Source: an uncultured Bacilli bacterium
Lineage (GTDB): Bacteria > Bacillota_I > Bacilli_A > RF39 > UBA660
DNA length: 64,000 bases
Reading direction: 5' to 3'
Assembly (NCBI GenBank): GCA_934190785.1
Contig: CAKPTA010000001.1
Coordinates: forward strand, 111,540 to 175,539
The translations under genes and the position numbers were made by a program. Within the stretch, counting starts at the first letter, position 1; each line of letters begins with the position of its first letter. Below are positions 19,455 to 27,716 of the stretch, in pieces. Under the pieces are notes generated by a model. That model ran no database searches and was not told the origin of the DNA. It saw only the letters and a program-made list of their open reading frames with translations.

Positions 19455-19472
19455 ATAGAGGTGTATTTTTTT

Positions 19473-21065
19473 ATGAAAAAGAAAGGTTTTACTTTAATAG
19501 AATTACTTGCCGTAATAGTTATTTTAGCTGTTGTTGCACTAATATCAATGCCACTAGTATTAAATACAATAGATAAGGCAAAGAAAGGTGCAGCTATAGA
19601 ATCAGCTAATGGTGTTATATCAGCAGCTGAGAATAAATACATGAGTAGTATGATAACAGGAGATAAAGATACAAGATTTGATTTTCCAAGTGATACCAAG
19701 TTATCAATCAAAGGAACAAGACCAACAAGTGGAACAGTTGTCGTTGATAAGAAAGGTAATATAAGTGCTACTTTAGAAATAAATGGATACTGCATAGAAA
19801 AGACGTTTCTTGAAACATCACCAAAAGTAATAGAAAAAAGTCCATGTACAATTAGTGATAGTGAGCTTTTTGAAGCAGAAAAATATAAAGATTCTGTTTT
19901 AAATGGAGCAGACCCTGTTATAAATAGTGACTTAGTAGCAGTAACAATAGAAAATGATGGAACAGTAAAAAAAGCCGATATCAAAAAAGAATGGTATAAC
20001 TATAAAAATAAAGTATGGGCCAATGCGATTATTCTAAAAGATAAAACAATAAACTATGAAGATAATGAGGTAATACCAGAAAGTAATATAGAATCATATT
20101 TTGTATGGATACCAAGATATAAATATAGAATCTTTAATGAAGGAAATTATACAAACTATATAGAAGGAAAACCAGAAAGTTCAAGCAAACCAGATACAAT
20201 AGAAATAGTATTTGAAAATAAAGATACAAGTGTATCAAATGGTTCAAAGGTAGGAGAATACTTAACACATCCAGCCTTTACAAGTTTTGAAAGTAATGGA
20301 TTTTGGATGGGAAAATTTGAAACAACTGGAAGTACAAGTAATATAACAGTAAAACCAAATAATACATCACTTCGAAATATAAATGTAAAATCAATGTTTG
20401 AGTTAGCTTACAATTATAATAGAAATCTAGATAGTCATATGCTAAAGAATACTGAGTGGGGAGCAGCTACATACTTATCATATTCAGTATATGGAATAAA
20501 TGATGAAGTAAATATAAATAATAATAGTAACTTTGTAACAGGATATAGTGCGGTTTCTGGAACAGATCAAAGTAGTTATCCTGGAACATATGGAACTGAT
20601 ACAAGTGTAACACTTGCATATAATACAGAAACAGGGTATAAGGCAAGTACAACTGGAAATATAAGTGGAGTATATGATATGAGTGGAGGAGCATGGGAAT
20701 ACATGGCTTCATATATGAAAGATACATATAAAGATAGCGGTTTTGATGCAGCCTCAATATCTTCATATAATTCAAAATACTTTGATATTTATCCAAGTGA
20801 TAGTGGTTGGACAAGTTATAATAAACGAATTTTAGGAGATGCGACAGGAGAGATAGGGCCATTCTATTATTACAAAGATAAAGATGGAAATAACAGAATA
20901 CATAACTCTTGGTTTGGGGACTACTCTTATTTCGTTGACGCTTCTTACCCTTGGTTCGTACGCGGAGGCCGTTACGCCAACGGTGTTCTTGCAGGTCAGT
21001 CGTTTTTTGATAGGTCTACTGGTGTTGCGAGCAGTTGGAATGGCTTCCGCCTTGCATTAATATAA
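19473..21065 (+). CDS. type IV prepilin-like N-terminus fused to a formylglycine-generating-enzyme (FGE/SUMF1) family domain
   Basis: MKKKG|FTLIELLAVIVILAVVALI is the prepilin cleavage/methylation motif (Gly-1, Phe+1, Glu+5). The C-terminal domain carries FGE hallmarks (...TEWGAATY..., GGAWEYM, RGGRYANG...SWNGFRLAL). I prefer ATG 19473 to the upstream track start, which reads through the G tract. Confidence 0.6.
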   Translation: MKKKGFTLIELLAVIVILAVVALISMPLVLNTIDKAKKGAAIESANGVISAAENKYMSSMITGDKDTRFDFPSDTKLSIKGTRPTSGTVVVDKKGNISATLEINGYCIEKTFLETSPKVIEKSPCTISDSELFEAEKYKDSVLNGADPVINSDLVAVTIENDGTVKKADIKKEWYNYKNKVWANAIILKDKTINYEDNEVIPESNIESYFVWIPRYKYRIFNEGNYTNYIEGKPESSSKPDTIEIVFENKDTSVSNGSKVGEYLTHPAFTSFESNGFWMGKFETTGSTSNITVKPNNTSLRNINVKSMFELAYNYNRNLDSHMLKNTEWGAATYLSYSVYGINDEVNINNNSNFVTGYSAVSGTDQSSYPGTYGTDTSVTLAYNTETGYKASTTGNISGVYDMSGGAWEYMASYMKDTYKDSGFDAASISSYNSKYFDIYPSDSGWTSYNKRILGDATGEIGPFYYYKDKDGNNRIHNSWFGDYSYFVDASYPWFVRGGRYANGVLAGQSFFDRSTGVASSWNGFRLALI

Positions 21066-21080
21066 AAATAATTATTTTTA

Positions 21081-21101
21081 AAGACAATTTTGTCTTTTTT
21101 T
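21081..21101 (+). terminator. rho-independent terminator after the pilin-FGE gene
   Basis: aagacaa-tt-ttgtctt followed by T7. Confidence 0.5.
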
Positions 21102-21125
21102 GTTATACTATTAGCAGTGATATTT

Positions 21126-22079
21126 ATGAATGAATTAGAATTAATAAATGATGTTGTTAGCAAGTATATATCCGATTGTAATATAGAAGATATGAACGAT
21201 TTTAGATTTTTAACGTCTTTAATTGATATTTTTGATAGTAATTATAAGGGAAATAAAGTTAGAGATTTTAAGAAACGTGTTTCTTTGAAACGTTGTCTTA
21301 AATATGCATATGATTTTTTTATGTCTATTAATTCAGACTATGCGGCTTACTTAGAAAAACGTTTAGATGAAGGTGCTTTTATCTTTGAAACTGGTAAAGA
21401 AAAGTATGACAATAATTTATCTATTTCTAGTATTATTGATGGTAAAGCAAAGATGATAGTATATCTTCAAAATACTATTAATGATGCTTATGCAATTACG
21501 CATGAGCTTATTCATGATATGACTATAGAAAGAGAAGGAGTAGATAATTCTGCTACAAGATCTGTATTTTGTGAAATGTTTTCCTTATTGGGAGAAGAAC
21601 TTTTAAGAGATTATTTTGAAAGGACTACTAGGCCAAGTGAGTATGAACTTGAGAGTAAATATAATTTATATGTAATCTCTTGGAAAAATAAAATTATTTT
21701 ATATGAGCTTCATTTAATTGAAACTTATCTTAATAATGGGTATATTCATGCTACTGATTTAGCTTATGGTGATGATGATCTTGTATGCGGTATTGCACTT
21801 GATGATATTTTAGATAATAAGGATTTAAGTTTTCCTTTTGAAGAAAGGTATGTAATAGGTTATTTATTTGCGTGTTATATGCTTGATAGAGTTGATAGTA
21901 ATAGTAAAAATATTAATGAATTTTTTGAACTTAATGATATTATTAATAAATTTAAATTTTTAAATTTGACAAATTATTTAGAACTTGATGTAGTGGATGC
22001 TAGAACATTTGATTTAACAGATGAATCTTATAAAAAGATAGAAAATGCTTTTGTTAAAAGGTTAAAGAAAGTTAGGTAA
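21126..22079 (+). CDS. HExxH...E putative gluzincin metallopeptidase, paralog 1
   Basis: HELIH, then a Glu about 20 aa downstream (FCEMFS). I prefer ATG 21126 because the track TTG start lies inside the terminator. Confidence 0.45.
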   Translation: MNELELINDVVSKYISDCNIEDMNDFRFLTSLIDIFDSNYKGNKVRDFKKRVSLKRCLKYAYDFFMSINSDYAAYLEKRLDEGAFIFETGKEKYDNNLSISSIIDGKAKMIVYLQNTINDAYAITHELIHDMTIEREGVDNSATRSVFCEMFSLLGEELLRDYFERTTRPSEYELESKYNLYVISWKNKIILYELHLIETYLNNGYIHATDLAYGDDDLVCGIALDDILDNKDLSFPFEERYVIGYLFACYMLDRVDSNSKNINEFFELNDIINKFKFLNLTNYLELDVVDARTFDLTDESYKKIENAFVKRLKKVR

Positions 22080-22107
22080 ATGATTGTAAAATAAAGTGGG
22101 GGTAATA

Positions 22108-23151
22108 ATGGTGACAGTAGAAGAGTATAAAAAATTAAATGATTATTTAAATGGCTGTTTTATTAAATTAGAAAGAAATGACTGGTTTTTATTAGATAAT
22201 ATAAGTTTTTTTGATAAACTTAGTAAAGCTTTTATTGAAACTGTTAATGAATATGATTTAGGCATGAATACTGAAGCTTGTAATATTAGTTTTAATGATA
22301 TTTACGTTTTAGCTCGTGAAATTCTTGAAGATATTTCACCATCATATTTGCCTATATTTGATACTTTAATAAAAAGCGGCGAGCTTGATTTTAGTTATGA
22401 GAATGAATATAAAACTTCTTGTGTTACATATGATCATTTAAATGATGTTTCTCTAATTAATATTAATTTAAGTTTTACACATCAAGATGTTGCTACTTTA
22501 ATTCATGAGTTTATGCATAAAATTAATTATGGCAATTCTTTTAATTGGTATATATTTACAGAATTTATCTCTATTTATTTTGAGGAATATGCGAAACGAT
22601 ATTTACTTAATAAAGGCATTTTTAAAGATAGTTTGAATTTAAATCTTAGAATATCTAATACATTAATATGTGCAAGTGATATTGTTAGTTATTCTCGTAT
22701 TATTTTTGCATATGAAAAAATGGGTAAAATTGATATGAATTCATATGAATTTTTAGATGAATATTTTACTCCTACAGATAAAGATGATTTTGAAGATGAA
22801 TGTAAAGTATTTTTACAAAAAATTCAAAAAATTGAGAATAGTTATAAAATGTCTATTTTGTATGAAAAAGATTTTAATGAAAATGAATTATATGATAAAA
22901 TTATTAGAAGTTTATCTAAGGGGTATCGTTATATTTTAGGAACTGCCGTAGCTTATTATGCATTAGAACATTGTAATAAAGAAGATATTGTATATTTATC
23001 TTGGCATATTAATGATGAAGAGTTTAGAAATATTTCTTTTTTTGAATGTTTAAATAAAATTGGAATAAGTAGTGATATTATAACGATTAATGATTGTACT
23101 GATGCGGTAAAAAAGGTACTTGAAAATAATTCACATAAAAAAGATAGGTGA
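22108..23151 (+). CDS. HExxH...E putative gluzincin metallopeptidase, paralog 2
   Basis: HEFMH ... FTEFIS. Same size and layout as paralog 1. Ends 5 nt before miaA. Confidence 0.45.
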   Translation: MVTVEEYKKLNDYLNGCFIKLERNDWFLLDNISFFDKLSKAFIETVNEYDLGMNTEACNISFNDIYVLAREILEDISPSYLPIFDTLIKSGELDFSYENEYKTSCVTYDHLNDVSLININLSFTHQDVATLIHEFMHKINYGNSFNWYIFTEFISIYFEEYAKRYLLNKGIFKDSLNLNLRISNTLICASDIVSYSRIIFAYEKMGKIDMNSYEFLDEYFTPTDKDDFEDECKVFLQKIQKIENSYKMSILYEKDFNENELYDKIIRSLSKGYRYILGTAVAYYALEHCNKEDIVYLSWHINDEEFRNISFFECLNKIGISSDIITINDCTDAVKKVLENNSHKKDR

Positions 23152-23155
23152 TTAG

Positions 23156-24037
23156 ATGGTTATTGTAATTACAGGTCCAACTTGTGTTGGTAAAACAAAA
23201 ATGAGTGTAGAGCTTGCTCATATATTAGATGGAGAAGTTGTGAATGCAGATTCAACACAAGTATATAAAGAGATGGATATAGCAACTGCTAAAGTAAGTG
23301 AAGAGGAAAAAGAAAATATACCTCATCATTTGTTTGATATTAAAGATATTAGTGATGACTATAGTATTTATGATTATCAACAAGATGCAAGACTTATAAT
23401 TAATGATATATTAAAACGTGGTAAAATTCCAATTTTAGTTGGAGGAACAGGACTATATATAAAGGCAGCTCTTTACAATTATCAATTTATTGAGGAAGAA
23501 AAAAAGTATGATTATAGCACTTATTCTAATAGTGAGCTTTATCAAGAATTACTTAAAGTTGACCCAAATACTGATATTCACATGAATAATAGAAAAAGAG
23601 TAGAACGTGCACTTAATTATTATAAAAACAATAAAGTACCTATGAGTTCTAAAGAACGTAGTAGTGAACTTATGTATGATGATGTGTTATTTATTGGTCT
23701 TACTACTGATAGAAGTATTTTATATGATAAGATTAATGCTAGAGTAGATAATATGGTAGATAATGGTTTACTTGATGAAGCATTTAAAATTTATTCATCT
23801 GGTATTAGGAGTAAAGCTGTTTTAACACCTATTGGATATAAGGAATTGTTTCCATATTTTGAACATAAAAAAGAGCTTTATGAATGCCTAGATGATATAA
23901 AGAAAAACAGTAGACATTATGCGAAGAGGCAATACACTTTTTTTAATAATCAACTTCCTATCAAGTGGTTTTATGTTGACTATAACTATTTTAATAAAAC
24001 AATTAATGATGTTTTAAATTATATAAAAAATAGCTAA
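23156..24037 (+). CDS. miaA: tRNA dimethylallyltransferase
   Basis: ITGPTCVGKTKMSVELA P-loop and DSTQVYKEMDIATAK. Confidence 0.9.
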   Translation: MVIVITGPTCVGKTKMSVELAHILDGEVVNADSTQVYKEMDIATAKVSEEEKENIPHHLFDIKDISDDYSIYDYQQDARLIINDILKRGKIPILVGGTGLYIKAALYNYQFIEEEKKYDYSTYSNSELYQELLKVDPNTDIHMNNRKRVERALNYYKNNKVPMSSKERSSELMYDDVLFIGLTTDRSILYDKINARVDNMVDNGLLDEAFKIYSSGIRSKAVLTPIGYKELFPYFEHKKELYECLDDIKKNSRHYAKRQYTFFNNQLPIKWFYVDYNYFNKTINDVLNYIKNS

Positions 24038-24045
24038 TCATGTGA

Positions 24046-24918
24046 TTAACTATTTTCTTTTTTATCAAAAAAATATATTACAAAGGCACCAAATATAAAT
24101 GTTATTATAGATGTTAAGATTGTAGTTATATTGTAACCACTAGTTGGAATAATTGAAATTGCACTAGCAATTATAAGTCCTAAAATTAAACTCATAATAT
24201 TTCTTTTATAATGTTTTAATAAATAATTTGTTATAATAGCGCTTACTACTATACCTAAAATAACACCAATTCCAATAAAGATAATTGGAATAATTATTTT
24301 AGTGTCAAAAGATGTTACATTAGCAACATATCCTTTGAATAGGTGATATTTACCTAGAACAAGTAGTACCATTGATCCTGATACACCAGGAAACATCATT
24401 GATGCTCCACCAATTGCACCAAGTCCTGTTAGCATAATTAAATATCCTATCGTTAGATTTTGATTTAAAAGAACTTCTTTTTTTACAATGTTGCCTTCTT
24501 CGCCAGGAGCTAGGTAAGTTATAAGACCTATTATTAAACAACCGATAATTAAGAATAACCAATTAATTTTTTCACCTTTTAATTCATTTTTCTTTAAAAT
24601 AGGAACTGAACACAATATTAAGCCAATAAACCAGTATAGAGTTTGAACTTCGAATGAAACAAACAAAAATTCAAGTATTTTAGCAAATCCAACTAATCCA
24701 ATTCCTGCTCCAAGTAGGAATTCTAATAAAAAAATAAAGCTTTCTTTTTTGTCTCTTAATTTAATTTTAAAGTTAAAAACATTACTAATACTTTCCATTA
24801 ATTTATCAAATAGTCCCATTAAAACAATAATGGTACCACCACTAACACCAGGAATTATATTAGCAATTCCGACACATATTCCCCCAATTATATTTTTCAT
24901 GAATTTCACCTCTATCAT
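24046..24918 (-). CDS. DUF368 family polytopic membrane protein (PopT-like putative polyprenyl-phosphate transporter)
   Basis: GVSGGTIIVLMGLFD and FPGVSGSMVLLVLG duplicated motifs. Confidence 0.6.
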   Translation of the reverse strand: MIEVKFMKNIIGGICVGIANIIPGVSGGTIIVLMGLFDKLMESISNVFNFKIKLRDKKESFIFLLEFLLGAGIGLVGFAKILEFLFVSFEVQTLYWFIGLILCSVPILKKNELKGEKINWLFLIIGCLIIGLITYLAPGEEGNIVKKEVLLNQNLTIGYLIMLTGLGAIGGASMMFPGVSGSMVLLVLGKYHLFKGYVANVTSFDTKIIIPIIFIGIGVILGIVVSAIITNYLLKHYKRNIMSLILGLIIASAISIIPTSGYNITTILTSIITFIFGAFVIYFFDKKENS

Positions 24919-25000
24919 ATTATAACAAACATAATAATAATTTAAAAGATATTTTATTGCTTATAATTTTATAAAGTGTTATACTTACTTCGGCGATTTT

Positions 25001-25435
25001 ATGAAAGAAGTAAGTATAAAAAAAATAATTTTATGGATATTATTATTAGGTTGGATGGCTTTAATTTTTATGCTTTCTAATCAAAATGGGACTTTAAGTG
25101 ATAAAACATCAAATGGCGTTTTATCATTTGTTTCAAATGCTTTATCACTTCATGTTAGTCCATTTTTAATTAGAAAAGCGGCTCATGCTACAGAGTATAC
25201 GATTTTATCACTTTTAATGATCTTGCTTATAAAAGAGTATAGAAATGTTAATTTTTCTATATATATTTATGTATTGTTTATATCAGTAATTTATGCTACA
25301 AGTGATGAATTACATCAGATTTTTATATCTGGAAGAAGTGCACAAGTCTTAGATGTATTAATAGATACGTGTGGAATTATAATAGGTATATTTTTACATT
25401 TTATCTGGTCTTTAAGGAGAAAATGTAGTAATTAA
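25001..25435 (+). CDS. VanZ family membrane protein
   Basis: AAHATEYTILSLL and DELHQIFISGRS. Confidence 0.6.
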   Translation: MKEVSIKKIILWILLLGWMALIFMLSNQNGTLSDKTSNGVLSFVSNALSLHVSPFLIRKAAHATEYTILSLLMILLIKEYRNVNFSIYIYVLFISVIYATSDELHQIFISGRSAQVLDVLIDTCGIIIGIFLHFIWSLRRKCSN

Positions 25436-25468
25436 TATGCATTTTTGATATAATGTGATAGAGGTGAT

Positions 25469-26617
25469 TTGGTGTTAGGAAGAAAAGAAAAAAAGCAGGA
25501 GAGTGTTGATACAAATAAGATTAATGATGTACTAACACTTTCTAACAAAATATTAAAAATTGTTTATATTTTGCTTGTTATATTAGGAGTATATATTGCA
25601 ATTATTGTATGTAAAGAACTTAGTATTAAAAAGACAATTTTAACGATACTTAAGATTCTATTTCCTTTATTTATTGGTATATTTGTAGCATGGCTTTTTG
25701 ACCCTTTTGTTACTTTTTTACAAAGAAAAGGTTTAAAAAGAAGTGTTGGAACATTTATTACCTATGTTTTATTTATTGGAACTCTTTTGATTATTGTAGG
25801 GGCAATTGTTCCAATTTTGTCTGAACAAATTAATGAATTTGTAAAAATGATTCCATCTACTTTTGATACTATTAAAGTATGGTGTGATAATTTATTTGAA
25901 CGTATTAATAATATTAATATTGTAGATGCTGTTGCAATAAAAAATGAATTATTCAAAAAGATTGAAGAAATTGGTATTGGTCTTACAAATTCACTTCCAG
26001 ATATGTTAGTATCATCCGTTAAAACTTTATTCTCATCACTTGGAACATTTATTGTAGGACTTATTATAGGATTTTATTTGCTTCTTACTTTTAATAATGC
26101 TAATGACTTGCTTATTACATTACTTCCAAAGAAAATTCAGGTAGATGCAAGAGATTTAGTAAATGAAGTAAATACTTCGCTTAGAAAATTTATTGAAGGG
26201 GCTATTGCTGATTGCAGTTTGGTATTTGTTGTTACTTCACTTGCTTTTTATATAGTAGGTCTTAGAGCGCCTTTGCTTTTTGGACTTTTCTGTGGTATTA
26301 CTAACATTATTCCATATGCAGGGCCTTATATTGGTGGTGCACCAGCTGTAATTGTTGGCTTTTCACAAAGTCCTTTAATTGGTATTTTAACACTTGTATC
26401 AGTATTTGTTGTTCAGTTTTTAGAAGGTAACTTCTTACAACCATTAATCATGAGTAAAACAACAAAACTTCATCCTGTTACAATTATGCTTGGATTACTT
26501 ATTTTTGGACACTTCTTTGGTATTATTGGAATGGTTATTTCAACACCTGTTATTGCAGCATTTAAAGCAACATTTATGTTCTTTAATGATAAATTTGGAA
26601 TTTTAAATAATGAGTAG
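25469..26617 (+). CDS. AI-2E family transporter (PerM/YhhT-like)
   Basis: Eight TM helices and the conserved ...RKGLKRSVG... loop, 382 aa. Confidence 0.7.
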   Translation: MVLGRKEKKQESVDTNKINDVLTLSNKILKIVYILLVILGVYIAIIVCKELSIKKTILTILKILFPLFIGIFVAWLFDPFVTFLQRKGLKRSVGTFITYVLFIGTLLIIVGAIVPILSEQINEFVKMIPSTFDTIKVWCDNLFERINNINIVDAVAIKNELFKKIEEIGIGLTNSLPDMLVSSVKTLFSSLGTFIVGLIIGFYLLLTFNNANDLLITLLPKKIQVDARDLVNEVNTSLRKFIEGAIADCSLVFVVTSLAFYIVGLRAPLLFGLFCGITNIIPYAGPYIGGAPAVIVGFSQSPLIGILTLVSVFVVQFLEGNFLQPLIMSKTTKLHPVTIMLGLLIFGHFFGIIGMVISTPVIAAFKATFMFFNDKFGILNNE

Positions 26618-26624
26618 GTGAATT

Positions 26625-27164
26625 ATGAAATTTGAAAAACATGATATTAAACTAATAATTTTATCAGGTAAAGCACATAGTGGTAAAAGTTTGGTTGCTG
26701 ATATGATAAATGATTATTATGGGAGTAAATGTATTAGTATTTCTTATGCTTACTATATTAAAGATTATTTAAGTAGAATGAATAGATATTCTGATAGTAA
26801 TAAAGAAGAATATAGAAGCTTAATGCAAGACTTTGGAATTAAACTTTTGCATGACAAAATTGACCATGATTTTCTTATCAATAGAGTTTGTGAAGATATT
26901 GAAGTGTTTTCTTACTTTTATGATGTTATTGTTATATCTGATGCTAGAATGTTACCTGAAATAGAAATTCCAAAATCATTATATAAAAATGTTACAACTA
27001 TTAGAGTTACGTCTAATTTGCCTGGAATATGTGATGAACTAAAAAGTCATATTACGGAAGTTGCACTAGATAAATATGATGGGTATGATTATATAATTGA
27101 TAATAATGGTTCCCGTGATGAATTAAAACTTAAAGTTTCAAATATATTAAGTGAGGTGTTATAA
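26625..27164 (+). CDS. deoxynucleoside monophosphate kinase-like protein (phage T4 gp1 dNMP kinase family)
   Basis: KLIILSGKAHSGKS Walker A. The C-terminal HITEVALDKYDGYDYIIDNNGSRDELKLKVSNIL parallels T4 dNMP kinase ...THITEAGLP..DGDLVITNDGSLEELFSKIKNTL. Confidence 0.5.
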   Translation: MKFEKHDIKLIILSGKAHSGKSLVADMINDYYGSKCISISYAYYIKDYLSRMNRYSDSNKEEYRSLMQDFGIKLLHDKIDHDFLINRVCEDIEVFSYFYDVIVISDARMLPEIEIPKSLYKNVTTIRVTSNLPGICDELKSHITEVALDKYDGYDYIIDNNGSRDELKLKVSNILSEVL

Positions 27165-27712
27165 TGAAACCTATAATTGCGCTTGTTGGAATGTGTGGAG
27201 CTGGTAAATCTGTTGTAACTGATTATTTTACTAATTTAGGGTATGAAAAGATTTACTTTGGGAAAGTTACTATGGACAAATTAAAAGAAAATGCTTTAGA
27301 AGTAACTCCTGAAAATGAAAAGAAAGTAAGAGAAGGTCTTAGACGTGAATATGGAATGGGAGCGTATGCTTATCTTCTTTTAGATGAGATAGAGCATGCA
27401 TCCTCACATTCAAAAGTTGTATTAGATGGATTATACTCATGGGATGAATATAAGATTTTAAAAGATAGGTTTGGTGATAGCTTATACGTAATTGCTGTTG
27501 TCGCAAACAAAAAAATACGTTATAATAGATTAGAAAAAAGAAGTGTTAGACCATTTAGTAAAAATGATGCAGTTAAAAGAGATATATCTGAAATTGAAAA
27601 TATTAAAAAAGCAGGTCCAATTGCTTTTGCTGATTATTATTTGCTAAATAATAAAGATACTAACTATTTATATCACGAACTTGATGATATAATGAACGAT
27701 ATAATGAGGTGA
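27164..27712 (+). CDS. P-loop nucleotide kinase-like protein (adenylate/dephospho-CoA kinase-like fold)
   Basis: ALVGMCGAGKS Walker A. Start overlaps the preceding stop (ATGA). Confidence 0.4.
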   Translation: MKPIIALVGMCGAGKSVVTDYFTNLGYEKIYFGKVTMDKLKENALEVTPENEKKVREGLRREYGMGAYAYLLLDEIEHASSHSKVVLDGLYSWDEYKILKDRFGDSLYVIAVVANKKIRYNRLEKRSVRPFSKNDAVKRDISEIENIKKAGPIAFADYYLLNNKDTNYLYHELDDIMNDIMR

Positions 27713-27716
27713 TGTT

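Noticed and set aside
19413-19472. ORF-track start of the pilin-FGE gene at 19413 (MTSGGGVYAKIHF...), which translates the G9 tract as Gly-Gly-Gly
   Set aside because: The consensus RBS AGAGGTG sits just upstream of ATG 19473, and MKKKG|FTLIE is a canonical prepilin leader. The upstream extension overlaps the promoter and palindrome, so it is almost certainly not translated.
19379-19984. 201-aa minus-strand ORF antisense to the pilin-FGE 5' region
   Set aside because: It is entirely antisense to a well-supported gene and its promoter, with low-complexity composition.
21090-21125. TTG start for the first HExxH gene inside the terminator hairpin
   Set aside because: It lies within the stem and T-run of the upstream terminator. 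The in-frame ATG at 21126 (MNELELIN) is the plausible start.
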